From a virus, in IMG/VR virus record IMGVR_UViG_3300035181_000377, positions 2,828 to 66,827 of that record: a DNA stretch of 64,000 nucleotides; one strand, given 5' to 3'. The notes under the pieces were generated by a model. That model saw nothing but the letters and a program-made list of their open reading frames with translations. It was not told the origin of the DNA and made no database searches. Positions 29,966 through 41,054 of this stretch are shown piece by piece. A program made the position numbers and the translations under genes. Position 1 is the first letter of the stretch. Every line of letters begins with the position of its first letter.

Positions 29966-30721
29966 ATGGCAAATACAATAAAGTTTACAAATACAAGAAT
30001 TTTAAATAGTAAAGAAAATATTTTAACACCAGATCAAGACGGTTACTATACCTTAGTTATAGGTGGTCTTAACATTTATAACACTGCTGGTGATTACTAC
30101 GAATATGAGGGCTCTAGAGAGTTATTTGAAAAATCTAGTGCATTCATGCGCCGAGTTCAACGCGGCGCTTTACGTGGCGAAGTAGGGCATCCTAAGTATA
30201 CTCCTGGTATGCATAACGACGAATATGTAAACCGCATTATGAATATTGATGAAACTAACGTATGCGCTCACTTTAGTGATGTCTGGTTAGATTTTGATAA
30301 AGTAAAAAATAAAGATGGTACACCTACTATCGCCATTATGGGTAAAGTAAAACCTAGCGGCCCTAAGGCAAATGTATTAGAATCATCTTTAAAGAATCCA
30401 AAAGAAAATGTTTGCTTTTCTATTAGAGCAATTAGTGCTGAGTTTTATGAACGCGGTGAAACTATACGTGTATTAAAAACTATTGTTACTTTTGATTATG
30501 TTAATGAACCAGGTATTTCTATCGCTGAAAAATATAATTCACCTGCTTTAGAAAATCTATCAGAACATATTGTTTTGAAAGCTGACTTTATTCGCGCTAT
30601 GGATTCAACAAAGAACTCCTTAGTAGCTACAGAATCATCTAAAGAGATTGCTAGTGACATATTTAAAGTAATGGGGTGGGATATACCTGATGGTATTGTA
30701 CCTGCTTATACTAAGTGGTAA
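29966..30721 (+). CDS. Prohead (head maturation) protease (phiKZ gp175-like)
   Basis: LRGEVGHP (His), NVCFSIRA (Ser), IVTFDYVNEPGI (Asp). Confidence 0.9.
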   Translation: MANTIKFTNTRILNSKENILTPDQDGYYTLVIGGLNIYNTAGDYYEYEGSRELFEKSSAFMRRVQRGALRGEVGHPKYTPGMHNDEYVNRIMNIDETNVCAHFSDVWLDFDKVKNKDGTPTIAIMGKVKPSGPKANVLESSLKNPKENVCFSIRAISAEFYERGETIRVLKTIVTFDYVNEPGISIAEKYNSPALENLSEHIVLKADFIRAMDSTKNSLVATESSKEIASDIFKVMGWDIPDGIVPAYTKW

Positions 30722-31116
30722 ATAGCTATTGTAAAGAAATCAAAGATTACGTTATTAATAATTTACGTAATATTGATTTTGATGTAGAAATATATATATT
30801 TGGTAGTGTAGCGAAAGAAACTTGTAATGTAAACTCTGATTTAGATATATTGATTAAGTTTAAATCTTTTGATATTGGTGATATTCATAACTCTGTTTTT
30901 TATAATAAAAACCCAATTATTGAAACTAAAGTTAAAACTTTAATTAGTTCTAAATTAGGTTTAAATCCAATAACTAAATCTAAATTTGATATACAATTAG
31001 TTGGAGCTTATGAACTTAGATTTTTTCCTAAACATGAAATTGAACAAATATTAGGAAATGCTATTATGGTCATTGGTAATAAAAAACATCCGCCCGCTTA
31101 TACTAAGTGGTAAATA
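30704..31116 (+). repeat. 21-bp direct repeat flanking the nucleotidyltransferase gene
   Basis: GCTTATACTAAGTGGTAAATA at 30704-30724 and 31096-31116. Confidence 0.95.
30715..31113 (+). CDS. Minimal nucleotidyltransferase (Pol beta superfamily)
   Basis: IYIFGSVAK...NSDLDILI and a third Asp in KFDIQL. Confidence 0.85.
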   Translation: MVNSYCKEIKDYVINNLRNIDFDVEIYIFGSVAKETCNVNSDLDILIKFKSFDIGDIHNSVFYNKNPIIETKVKTLISSKLGLNPITKSKFDIQLVGAYELRFFPKHEIEQILGNAIMVIGNKKHPPAYTKW

Positions 31117-31267
31117 TCTAAACTATAAATACTCATTAGGTGTTAGCCTAATGAGTATTTAAACTAGGTTCTAATATATTTTAATAATATATAACTTTAA
31201 TGAAGCTAGTACGTTAATGTATTAATTCATTTACTTTTTATTTACTTTTTGTGATAAAGGAAATACC

Positions 31268-31450
31268 ATGTCTAGTCAAGAAATTTGTTTAAATAATGAA
31301 CCAGTTAAAGTATCTAACGCTGGTTTTCTTTCTGTATTTAGAGATGGTAAATGGCGGAACTTAACCGCCAAAGAAGAACACGACCTAGCGATGTCAAAAG
31401 ATCGTGAAAGTTATGAGAACTTATTAAGTAGATTAATATCTGGAGATTAA
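31268..31450 (+). CDS. Hypothetical protein
   Basis: AAGG RBS; TATATAACTTTAATG promoter motif near 31188. Confidence 0.65.
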   Translation: MSSQEICLNNEPVKVSNAGFLSVFRDGKWRNLTAKEEHDLAMSKDRESYENLLSRLISGD

Positions 31451-31451
31451 T

Positions 31452-32036
31452 TTGGATTCAGAAACATACTTGTCAGAATTTAAAACATATATGTTATCCA
31501 CTAAGGTGGATAACATATTTTTAGTCAATAGATTAGGAAAGGTTAAAAATAAAATAACTGGCACTATATACTCTTCAACAAGTAATGGTAAATATATTAA
31601 AATAACTTTACCTTATAAGTACATAGATGCTTTAGAAGATGCTAAAGAGGTAGCTCCACGTGGTTTATTAGTGCACCGGATGGTAGCAGAAACGTTTATC
31701 CCTGTTGATAGAAAATTACTAGAACTTACTGGTAGAGATACTCCTTTAAATAACCGTAGACTAAATGTACTTTTTAAAGACGGTGATACGCATAATCTAC
31801 ACTATAAAAATCTATACTGGACTAGTATGTCTGATATAGCTAAACATAGAGCACGTACTAAAACACACACTGATAAAAAAGTAATTCTAAGTTCACGTGG
31901 TATGGATGATTTAGAATTTACATCTATTTTAAAAGCTACTGAATACATGGGGGTGAAATATAGCACTATACTTACTGGATTAAATAGAAATAATGGTACC
32001 TATGTTTATAATGGGTGGCTTATAAAAGTCACTTAA
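31452..32036 (+). CDS. Degenerate HNH/NUMOD-type endonuclease-like protein
   Basis: LVHRMVAETFIP...LFKDGDTHNLHYKNLYW; C-terminal FTSILKATEYMGV. Confidence 0.7.
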   Translation: MDSETYLSEFKTYMLSTKVDNIFLVNRLGKVKNKITGTIYSSTSNGKYIKITLPYKYIDALEDAKEVAPRGLLVHRMVAETFIPVDRKLLELTGRDTPLNNRRLNVLFKDGDTHNLHYKNLYWTSMSDIAKHRARTKTHTDKKVILSSRGMDDLEFTSILKATEYMGVKYSTILTGLNRNNGTYVYNGWLIKVT

Positions 32037-32111
32037 TCGTAGTAAAATTTTAATGTAGTGGTTGTATATATTGTACATGTCGTACAATATAATTTTCAAA
32101 GGAGTTGTAAA

Positions 32112-32582
32112 ATGAGTGAAGTTAAAAAAGAATTAAAACCAGAAGTATTGGAAATGTCTAAAAAATTGTCAAGTGGTTTTTCAGTTGATAAAAATTCTGG
32201 TGCTGGTACGGCTGAGCCAGATATGTACAAAGCCAATCTACCAAAAGAATTGACAATGGATGTTGTTAAAGCTGTTAGCGATTATAACGGTGTGTTTATT
32301 GCTGGTGCAACCCACGCATTCGCAGAACTCGCCGTAGACGCTATGAAAGGCACTAAACTACCTTCGGCTAACGTGACTATCCCAATGGGTCATAAAGATG
32401 CACTGACGGTCAACGTAGACCGTGAGAAGCACTACGTGAATCACTTGGGTGGCGGTGAACAAACTACCAAGTATGGTGTAGTGTCCGCTACATATGAAGT
32501 TCAAGTTGGTAAGAATAAAGGTCAGTTGAAAGCCGTTCGTTCAGTAATTCAAGAGCTAGCTTTGGCTGCACTCGCTAAGTAA
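32112..32582 (+). CDS. Hypothetical protein, probably highly expressed
   Basis: AAGGAG RBS before ATG 32112; upstream hairpin ATATTGTAC-atgtc-GTACAATAT. Confidence 0.75.
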   Translation: MSEVKKELKPEVLEMSKKLSSGFSVDKNSGAGTAEPDMYKANLPKELTMDVVKAVSDYNGVFIAGATHAFAELAVDAMKGTKLPSANVTIPMGHKDALTVNVDREKHYVNHLGGGEQTTKYGVVSATYEVQVGKNKGQLKAVRSVIQELALAALAK

Positions 32583-32600
32583 GAAATAAACTTTGGTGTC

Positions 32601-32643
32601 ATATATTGCACGCTCATTAAGAGCGTGCAATATATTTTTTTTT
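32601..32643. terminator. Terminator between convergent genes
   Basis: ATATATTGCACGCTC-attaa-GAGCGTGCAATATAT followed by T-tract. Confidence 0.85.
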
Positions 32644-33506
32644 TATTTAACGATTGCTGTTGAGCCAATATTTTCAGCTTCTGACTTATAACCAATTGTA
32701 GCTGAGCCAGACAATGCATCAATACCTTGAACAAATGATGGACGTAAGTTAGGGTTAGCGTTAGTAATGTTAATAGTATCCAAGATATTCTGAGCAAATA
32801 CTTTAGTACCCAGGTTATATTGAGCAATACCAGTAAATTCAATTGTCAAGTTAGACAATTCACTAGCACTAGTCAAATCACGTTTACCAATAACTTCACC
32901 ATCGCTCTTAGGCATCATGTTAGTAATAACCCAAGCTTTAACTACGCGTTGATGTGTAGGATCTGGTTCAATGAATAAACACGTCATTGAATACCAGTCA
33001 GCCAACATATCTGCAGGTTTAGAACCAGGTAATGTACCAGCCATTGCAAACTTAGTATCTGGGTCCATCATACCGTAGATAATCCAGTTCTGCAAGAAAG
33101 TATTGATAGGCATACCATACTTTTCAACAAAACCAAATGATGGTTCACTACGAGCACGTTTGCTGTCTGTGATCTCTTGTTGCATTTCACCCGCACCGCC
33201 TACTGGATGCTCATCAAATTCAACTGTCAAACCAGCATTCAGACCTTCAATAGTTTTTGCATGAAGCTCAACTAATGATTTTAATGCCTGTACCCACTTA
33301 TCTGGATTAGGCATTAATGTAAAGAATCGTGGAGATTCTAACAATATACAAAATAGATTCTTACGAACATATGCTTGGTTGCTCACCCATTCATTTAGAT
33401 TAGGTGCCCAGCCTTGTTGACCACCAAAAGATAAATCTAAGATTGGTTGGTTAACATAGTTAGCATATGCACTATTGGTTAAAATTGCATCTGTTATACG
33501 AGCCAT
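32643..33506 (-). CDS. Tail tube protein (phiKZ gp30-like)
   Basis: 287 aa, directly downstream of the sheath; WIIYGMMDPDTK and LFIEPDPT motifs. Confidence 0.82.
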   Translation of the reverse strand: MARITDAILTNSAYANYVNQPILDLSFGGQQGWAPNLNEWVSNQAYVRKNLFCILLESPRFFTLMPNPDKWVQALKSLVELHAKTIEGLNAGLTVEFDEHPVGGAGEMQQEITDSKRARSEPSFGFVEKYGMPINTFLQNWIIYGMMDPDTKFAMAGTLPGSKPADMLADWYSMTCLFIEPDPTHQRVVKAWVITNMMPKSDGEVIGKRDLTSASELSNLTIEFTGIAQYNLGTKVFAQNILDTINITNANPNLRPSFVQGIDALSGSATIGYKSEAENIGSTAIVK

Positions 33507-33540
33507 TTTAATATTACCTTTCTTTTAAAAAATTAAGAGT

Positions 33541-35622
33541 TTACTTAGCAGTTAAAGCAGACATACGGTAAGCTTTTACGTATGTTGTCATTACAGTCTT
33601 CATGTTGTTTGCATACAACTTGATAGGTAATGTCCAGCTATAACCACGTAATACGTCCATATCTGTAAACAATGTATCTGGGATAATAACAAAACGACCA
33701 TCAAATCTACCGCTAACTTTATCATTAACAAACTTGTTAACTTTGTCTGCTAGAACAGCATTAGTATATTTAGACACACCACTAAATTCTCTCCACGCGG
33801 CATTAGAGATTTTGTTTAATTGGCAAATACACATAGCAGTAAAGTAGCTATTCAGTACAGATGTATCATCACTGTAGATGGTTTTGAAAGCTGGGAAGAA
33901 GAATGATCTACGATCATAACGTTGTACCCAATTTAAACCAGCATCCCAGTTTTTATTACGAACAGTAGTAGGAACCCAAGTAATACTAACATCACTCATG
34001 TAATCTAATACAGAACCAGGAGCACCATCAAAGTCCTTACCATTCTTCCAAACACCGTTAGATGCGCCCATGTAGTTAGCTGACTTAATTAAAAGTTCAG
34101 CAGTTAAAGGTAGACGACCTTTGTATTGTGAATTACGCAACACGCCGCTATAACCAATAATCATACCACGCATAACTGGAGTACCGAAATAATCAGACTC
34201 TGGGAACATTTGTAAACGCGTACGCAAAGCAATAGCTAATGAATATTCTTCAGAAGCTTGTAATACTGGACCACCAACAGTATATGTTGAAAGTGCTACA
34301 AAAGTATCTTTACGAACTGATACTAAGTTACACATAGCTTTTTTGGTATCCATAGGGAAACCACTGTCATACATAATTGATTCTACGTTCAAGGCAATTT
34401 CTTGCACAGGGTCATTAGGATCTAAATATGCTGCCATTTCATTCGTTACTAATGTAGCGAAAGCAGTATCATTCATAGTACCATCAGAACCACCAGCACT
34501 GAAAATATTAGTATACTGCGTTAATCTAATAGACGAACTATCATCAACAAATTGGAAACTTTGGTATGGTACGCTCATTGAAGAAACGCCTGATACAAAG
34601 TTAAACAAATACTTATCAGCTGGATCTGAAGTGAAGTCAGAATTAGAATCAATGTATGGTGCTTCAGCTGCTAAGAATTTACCTAGCAATAAATCAATGT
34701 TAGACTGATAAACGTGCATTGAATCGTAGTTACCATAAATGGTTGGATACAATGGATCATTCAGGTTTTGGTAAGCATCTAACAATACATCGCCAATATA
34801 TAATTGGCTGTCTGTAGTAGGGTCAATTACACCTGGTTTAACAACGGTCTGAACGTACAAATCACCAAAGTTACTAGCCATGATAGAAGGTGATGTATTA
34901 ACATCGGGTCTAGTAATCATGTTGACGAAATATGGATAAGCGCGTTCACTAGCCATCATAGCAGTAGGCATAGTGCCATTAGATGCTAATGTAGGTGCGT
35001 ATAAACGAATACCAGCATTATTACCCCATTCACCTAAAGACGATGCTTTAAATTGGAAAATAGGATATAGTGTAGATTGTGTACCAGTACCAACATCAAT
35101 CTGTGAACCATGTGATTGAGTCTCTTGACCGAATAATTGTAAATCAGAAACACTGGTTTTATTACTTAAAACCCATTTTACTTTATATCCAGCAATAGTA
35201 CCAGTTACTGTAGGTTGACCTAATGAATCTAGTGCAATTGAACCATCACTATTACGGGCATAGGTATTTACCATTGTAGATAATACATCTAAGCTTAATA
35301 ACATGTTAGCTTCAGGACCAGCATCGTTAGGAACTACACGTTTAATAATACATGCATTACCAGCAGCATTAGCTAGGTTAGCAAATACTGTAGCGTGGTT
35401 AGCCCACTTTTTACGCAAATCAAAAGAATCAATACCGAACATATTAGCCATTTCAGCACCACTAACTAATTCTGCATTGGTTTTACCTTTCTGTGTATAA
35501 AGGTAAAATTTAGGTAGGTGTGTAGGTACTGCATCTGGTGTGCGTGGTAGTTGAGTTGTACTTAAATCTTGTGTGCCGTACTGTATAGTCATTGGTGCGG
35601 CATTAATTATAGAAGCTACCAT
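33541..35622 (-). CDS. Contractile tail sheath protein (phiKZ gp29-like)
   Basis: About 693 aa; PTHLP, GGSDGT, YDSGF, PESDYFGTP, YSDDTSVLNS motifs; start after GAGG. Confidence 0.88.
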   Translation of the reverse strand: MVASIINAAPMTIQYGTQDLSTTQLPRTPDAVPTHLPKFYLYTQKGKTNAELVSGAEMANMFGIDSFDLRKKWANHATVFANLANAAGNACIIKRVVPNDAGPEANMLLSLDVLSTMVNTYARNSDGSIALDSLGQPTVTGTIAGYKVKWVLSNKTSVSDLQLFGQETQSHGSQIDVGTGTQSTLYPIFQFKASSLGEWGNNAGIRLYAPTLASNGTMPTAMMASERAYPYFVNMITRPDVNTSPSIMASNFGDLYVQTVVKPGVIDPTTDSQLYIGDVLLDAYQNLNDPLYPTIYGNYDSMHVYQSNIDLLLGKFLAAEAPYIDSNSDFTSDPADKYLFNFVSGVSSMSVPYQSFQFVDDSSSIRLTQYTNIFSAGGSDGTMNDTAFATLVTNEMAAYLDPNDPVQEIALNVESIMYDSGFPMDTKKAMCNLVSVRKDTFVALSTYTVGGPVLQASEEYSLAIALRTRLQMFPESDYFGTPVMRGMIIGYSGVLRNSQYKGRLPLTAELLIKSANYMGASNGVWKNGKDFDGAPGSVLDYMSDVSITWVPTTVRNKNWDAGLNWVQRYDRRSFFFPAFKTIYSDDTSVLNSYFTAMCICQLNKISNAAWREFSGVSKYTNAVLADKVNKFVNDKVSGRFDGRFVIIPDTLFTDMDVLRGYSWTLPIKLYANNMKTVMTTYVKAYRMSALTAK

Positions 35623-35723
35623 AATTTTTTCCTCTTTTAAAAAATAAATATTAAAAAACACATAAAGCTTAAATCATTTGAAGATTGAAACATTTTAACT
35701 AACTTAAACCGAGGTAATACAAA

Positions 35724-36713
35724 ATGAGTATTTTTAAAACAGCATATGACACAACTGTCGGATCAAACATTAATACCGGCGATATTAAAAAACATATAGC
35801 ATTAGAATTAGTTCAGGGTTTTTCTCATTTAAAAACACTCAATCTCATAACATCACTAAATTATAAACCTATGTTTATTGCTAATGGTAATTCTGCATCA
35901 GAATCAATACCATTCTTTACACATCCTTTAGTGCTTTCTGCACACGAGACAGCTGATAAAACAGCTTACTTAGTTACAGATATTAGACCATATGTTAAAC
36001 CCGCTACATTTGATAGTAACGATGTTGTCGCTAGAAATCAAACAGAATTAGATTTTGCTAAATCTCGCACTATTTTAAATCTAGCTTGGATTACTGGTGG
36101 TGAGGCATCAATGCGTAACGATTTAATGTTTGCAGCAAATGTATTTTCTGAATGGTTAAGTAATGGTATTACCACTAGATTTGCATTAGATCCTAAAGAT
36201 GCTTTAACATTAAAAGTAATAGCACATTTTTATTATCAAACGTTATTTTTTGATCAATCTGAATTTGATGAAAACTTTAAACAAAAGTTTGCAATTCATA
36301 CCATAACAGCAACTAATGCACCATCTAAACTAGTATTTGAAATTTTTGATAAAATTGGCGTGATGAATAATATTGATGATTTTTGCTTTAATGCTATTAA
36401 GATATTAGAAAACGTTAGACTCAGAGATTTAAACACTGGTCTATTAATAACTGTTATTGGTAATTCATGGTTCGGTTTAAACAGTAAAGAAATATTAGCC
36501 GTTGCTTTAGAACATCCTCCTACTTGGGCTGCTATCGTTTATATGTCTTTAGTAGAACGCACATTTAAAAATTCTACAATAGCTAGACTAACAGAGCGCT
36601 TAGCTAAACGCGGTGCTGGTGATAATTTCTTAAAATCTTATACTTATTTAGTTAAGAGTTATACAGAAGAAAAAGTAACTAACGAAGAAATATCATTTAA
36701 ACCTTTTGAATAA
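35724..36713 (+). CDS. Virion structural protein (phiKZ gp28-like)
   Basis: Divergent from the sheath; AYDTT and ALEHPPTW motifs. Confidence 0.7.
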   Translation: MSIFKTAYDTTVGSNINTGDIKKHIALELVQGFSHLKTLNLITSLNYKPMFIANGNSASESIPFFTHPLVLSAHETADKTAYLVTDIRPYVKPATFDSNDVVARNQTELDFAKSRTILNLAWITGGEASMRNDLMFAANVFSEWLSNGITTRFALDPKDALTLKVIAHFYYQTLFFDQSEFDENFKQKFAIHTITATNAPSKLVFEIFDKIGVMNNIDDFCFNAIKILENVRLRDLNTGLLITVIGNSWFGLNSKEILAVALEHPPTWAAIVYMSLVERTFKNSTIARLTERLAKRGAGDNFLKSYTYLVKSYTEEKVTNEEISFKPFE

Positions 36714-36724
36714 AGGGAACGTTT

Positions 36725-39328
36725 ATGTACGACTACTTAGTAGATCACGCTATTAAAAATGTGTGGTGTAATCCTGAACAAGATAGACAGTATATATTTA
36801 AACCTAAAAGAATTACTCCACCTTCAGGTGCATTAAATTATTATAAGGTTATGTGGCGTAGTTATGCTTTGCCTGAGAAAGGTGTAAATTATCATATATT
36901 TCAAATAGGTAATTTACATCCTTTATTTATTAATTTATTTAATACAGCCGATACCACAATAAATTCTACATGGGTTCCATTATCAGAAGCCTGTAATACA
37001 AACAAGATGTTAGTAAACATCTATAATGACGCTGGTGTATCTATACCTTTACACACTGTATTTTATATGTTTGATAATACCAGTAATTTAATTATCGGTA
37101 TTAGAGAGAATAGTTTAATACCGGCTGACTTTTCTAATGATTCTTTTTATATGCGCGTATACTCTAACGCGTATTTTAACTCTATTAGATCAGATGCAGA
37201 AGTAGACGGTGTCTACGTAGCTGGTGGTACATTTACTACTGTTAACGATATAGTAAGATTTCAAAATGCTTATAATGCTTATCTAGCTAAAGATGGATTA
37301 GTCACCGCATATGTGAATGGTTTACTAGTTGCAAATATTAGTTTAACTACTGTAGCAATTGGTGACGTAGCTGAATTTATTTATGATAGTTCTGTAATTA
37401 AAACTATTGTATTTAAACTAAATAACTTAGATACTTTCCAAAGTACGCTAGATTTATCAATGAAGTATATTCTTCATTATTCAGATACAGATATTTCTGA
37501 TATCCTGTATTTTGATGATAACGATATATTCTTGACTTACTCTGATAGTGGTAGCCTGTTTAAAGGATTGTATTATCATAAGAACCAAGTGTCTAGTGTA
37601 AGAATGTTAACACATCGCGATTACAGTATAAGTGTGCCTAACGTTGTTTATTTTTCGAATGAGTTAGCTGCTATTAAAAATGTTACACCTGTAGATCCTA
37701 CTTTAATTAGTATTGTTTTAGTTGTAAGAAAATCAGGTTATAATAGATCTTTAATTTATGATAATAATAGAATATTTGAATTATATAAATTAAACAATGA
37801 ACAAATTATTCAAGCTATGACTGGTCTAAATTCTAATAACATTTACTGGTCTGCCAATAATTTAGAATCTAGTGCTTATACTAAAATAATGCGCGATGAA
37901 TATAGAGACATAACTAAGCAAGATGTTCAAGATGCATATGGGTATAATAGCGTAAGTAAGTTATTAGCTGATACACCATCTGTACCTGTTATGATATCTT
38001 CATTACCTGCTGTTAATTTACCATATGGTTTAATAAACAAGTCAACTGGGTATGAGTATGATGCTGAAGGTAAGTTGTTAGAATATCACCCACATACATA
38101 CGGTAGCGTTTATAATGTTACTAACCAAACAACTGCTTTAGTTGAAATGATAACTGGTACTGGCGATTATTATCCAGATGTAGTTTTTGGAACTGACAAT
38201 ATACCGCTACCTACTGACTTTGATTATCGTGTATATAAGTCTCACTTAACTGCAGAAAATGTATCTGATAATATTTGGACTGACATTACAGGTACGACTG
38301 AATATACCGTAGTAGATAATAAATTAGTTTGGGCTAATCAAGACTTTAACCAGTTTTTAATGGTTAGAACTAATTCTAAATTCTTAGCCTATGATTTAGA
38401 TATATTTTTGTTAGACGGTAATTTTAAATTTGCACTATCTGAAATGGAAGATAGAGGAACTGGTTTTCATAACTATGTTATGCCAGTACCTATGGGTGAG
38501 TTAGATTTATTTATGAATGGTTATTCGTTAATAAATGGTTTAGATTATATCTTTAATTTTCCAGAGATCACTATTTTAAATAAACGATTTTTAATAGATC
38601 AAGCTAATTCAGCTCAGCACTTCCATATTAGATTTAGTAATTTCTGTAATAAAGACTTATCAATAAATTCGGCTAGTGATTATGGTTATGTTATTGATGG
38701 GTTGCTATCTGTAAATAATAGGTTTGATTTACGTGATGATAAAGTATTAAGGATAGTGGTAAATGGTAAATTACAAACTAAGACTAGTTTTAACTTTGGT
38801 GAGAATACTACCGGCGTAAACATTACGGATGTTAATAATGGGTCACCATATTCCATTAGAGATATCGTAGTGCCTGTAAATAATTTAGTTAATGATAATA
38901 CCTATACTTACAGAGCTAAATCATTAGCAGTAGATAAAGTGGTTAGTGACTATATGACGCTTTACTATCAGGAACCAACAATCAGTACACCTAGTGCTAT
39001 TCCTAGTAGGTATGAAATTGTTAGTCCATTTATAGCTGCTGTTATAGATGCTTTAGTAAATCATGAGATACCTGATTCAGCTATAAGTAAAACATTGTCC
39101 GACAATGCTGTAATTAAAATTTGCAAACCTTATGAGGACTGGTTAAAGTTTGACACCATTACAGATATAAATAAAGTAGATAGTAATTACGTAATAGTAC
39201 ATCCAACTGTCTTTCAGACTACGATAGGTTTAAATTTATATCAGTATCGCTTCTTAACGAAAGTAGTTAAGATATACTCGAAAGATACTGTAAGTTTATC
39301 ACCTTTTGTAATTTTAAATAATGTTTAA
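36725..39328 (+). CDS. Virion structural/baseplate protein (phiKZ gp27-like)
   Basis: NVWCNPEQDRQ and RMLTHRDYS motifs; synteny. Confidence 0.72.
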   Translation: MYDYLVDHAIKNVWCNPEQDRQYIFKPKRITPPSGALNYYKVMWRSYALPEKGVNYHIFQIGNLHPLFINLFNTADTTINSTWVPLSEACNTNKMLVNIYNDAGVSIPLHTVFYMFDNTSNLIIGIRENSLIPADFSNDSFYMRVYSNAYFNSIRSDAEVDGVYVAGGTFTTVNDIVRFQNAYNAYLAKDGLVTAYVNGLLVANISLTTVAIGDVAEFIYDSSVIKTIVFKLNNLDTFQSTLDLSMKYILHYSDTDISDILYFDDNDIFLTYSDSGSLFKGLYYHKNQVSSVRMLTHRDYSISVPNVVYFSNELAAIKNVTPVDPTLISIVLVVRKSGYNRSLIYDNNRIFELYKLNNEQIIQAMTGLNSNNIYWSANNLESSAYTKIMRDEYRDITKQDVQDAYGYNSVSKLLADTPSVPVMISSLPAVNLPYGLINKSTGYEYDAEGKLLEYHPHTYGSVYNVTNQTTALVEMITGTGDYYPDVVFGTDNIPLPTDFDYRVYKSHLTAENVSDNIWTDITGTTEYTVVDNKLVWANQDFNQFLMVRTNSKFLAYDLDIFLLDGNFKFALSEMEDRGTGFHNYVMPVPMGELDLFMNGYSLINGLDYIFNFPEITILNKRFLIDQANSAQHFHIRFSNFCNKDLSINSASDYGYVIDGLLSVNNRFDLRDDKVLRIVVNGKLQTKTSFNFGENTTGVNITDVNNGSPYSIRDIVVPVNNLVNDNTYTYRAKSLAVDKVVSDYMTLYYQEPTISTPSAIPSRYEIVSPFIAAVIDALVNHEIPDSAISKTLSDNAVIKICKPYEDWLKFDTITDINKVDSNYVIVHPTVFQTTIGLNLYQYRFLTKVVKIYSKDTVSLSPFVILNNV

Positions 39329-39340
39329 GGGAGTTTATAT

Positions 39341-41041
39341 ATGAGTACTAACCCAGCAAACATCAGTACGATAGGAGTATCAGGTACTGATGGAGTTACG
39401 CCTGTATATCAGCCAGAGGCACGTTGGTGCTTCTGGGCACTGAGTGAGATATATAATGGCACAGCAGGAACTAATAGATATGTTCCTAAACTAAAAGACT
39501 ATGTAATTGATCCAGATACTTTCACTACCTGGATTGTTTCAGAAATTGATCCAGTTACTTTGATTCCTACACTTACAGAAATTAGACCTGTAAATATGTC
39601 ATATAGTTTTAGTACTACCGACATTTTATTTGGTGTAGGTCCTGGTACACAGTCTGATACTTATCGCGTGTATGTGGATGCTTCTGTTACTCCATCTATT
39701 ATGGCAGTAGATGTTAGGTTAAAAGTAGCAGGTAGTATGTGTAATTATTGTGTAATTTATAAAGGATCTGATCTTAGTTCTACTGGTCACATTCTTTCTA
39801 AGCTGTATGATGCGAGTGGTAACTTTGTCACTAATAACATACCGTTAGAATTAGTTGAAATAGATACACACACAAATTACTCTGTTAAGACTGTTTCTGT
39901 TTGTTATACTAATGAAACGCTTACTGATGGTGAAGTGGTTACTGCAGTCTTTTATAGTGCAGGTGGTCACGTAGTTTCTAAACGTCAGTTATTGGTAGAG
40001 AATACTTCATTTATTAGAGATGTAAATGCTTCTCAGAAATATGTATCTAGCATTAATTTGAAGTCTCCATTTATTTCACCTACCTTTGATAATGTAATTA
40101 ACTTTCCATTAAACATGCCAGTAAATGCACTGAATATTACTGGCGTAGTTAATTACTCAGATGGTAGTAGTTTAGAAATGCCGGTAGATGGAAATAAATT
40201 TAAGATATTTGGCTTAGAACAATATGTGTCTACTATTGTTGGTCAAGAAATTAACTTAGTATTAAGTTATGCTTTAGGTGCTAATGAAATAGGTTATGGT
40301 TTAGTAAGTGGTGATGGTAAGTATGCTACTGCTGGATATAAGTTAGTTACTTCCGACGTTAATAACTCATATACTGTAAAACTCTTTGGTTATCCTGTCT
40401 GGCAGAATGATACGATTGGGTATTACATGCAATGGTATCTATTTAACTTAGATCGTAATGTTTATTTCGACGTTACTCCATTTGTTAGGTTTGCTGATAA
40501 TACTGGTATATTTAATCCTAAAGGTTATGGTTACATGCAGCAAAAAGATGTCACTATAAACCTAGCAGATGTATCAGGTGCATTTAAACCATACATCCAT
40601 ACACAGACTATGGATATTGTTCTTAAATCACCACCCAATAGCTTACAGACGCCGTGGTTAGTATCTAGCGAGAACACCACTATATCACCATACTACGGCG
40701 ATAAGATGTTAGCTATTTATAACTATAACCAAATGAATTCTACTATTAATTTAAATATCGCCGCTACTCAAACTACTTTAGATGATTGGTTAAATCATAT
40801 TTACTATAGTACTAAACCACTGACTAATCCAGATATAGAAATAGCACCACCTGTTCCAACACACTTCCAAATCATCCAAGGTGGTAACGAAGTAGAGTTC
40901 ACAATAGACCAATGGAATGCTTCTTTAAATATACCATTTGTTGTTGCATTGTATTCAACTGTATTTGTTAAGTTTATTAAACGTACCGGTAATGGTGATT
41001 TAGAATTATCAATAGCAGGTATGTTAGTAACCATACCTTAA
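39341..41041 (+). CDS. Virion structural/baseplate protein (phiKZ gp26-like)
   Basis: 566 aa, beta-rich; synteny next to terminase. Confidence 0.7.
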   Translation: MSTNPANISTIGVSGTDGVTPVYQPEARWCFWALSEIYNGTAGTNRYVPKLKDYVIDPDTFTTWIVSEIDPVTLIPTLTEIRPVNMSYSFSTTDILFGVGPGTQSDTYRVYVDASVTPSIMAVDVRLKVAGSMCNYCVIYKGSDLSSTGHILSKLYDASGNFVTNNIPLELVEIDTHTNYSVKTVSVCYTNETLTDGEVVTAVFYSAGGHVVSKRQLLVENTSFIRDVNASQKYVSSINLKSPFISPTFDNVINFPLNMPVNALNITGVVNYSDGSSLEMPVDGNKFKIFGLEQYVSTIVGQEINLVLSYALGANEIGYGLVSGDGKYATAGYKLVTSDVNNSYTVKLFGYPVWQNDTIGYYMQWYLFNLDRNVYFDVTPFVRFADNTGIFNPKGYGYMQQKDVTINLADVSGAFKPYIHTQTMDIVLKSPPNSLQTPWLVSSENTTISPYYGDKMLAIYNYNQMNSTINLNIAATQTTLDDWLNHIYYSTKPLTNPDIEIAPPVPTHFQIIQGGNEVEFTIDQWNASLNIPFVVALYSTVFVKFIKRTGNGDLELSIAGMLVTIP

Positions 41042-41054
41042 TAAGGATTAATAT

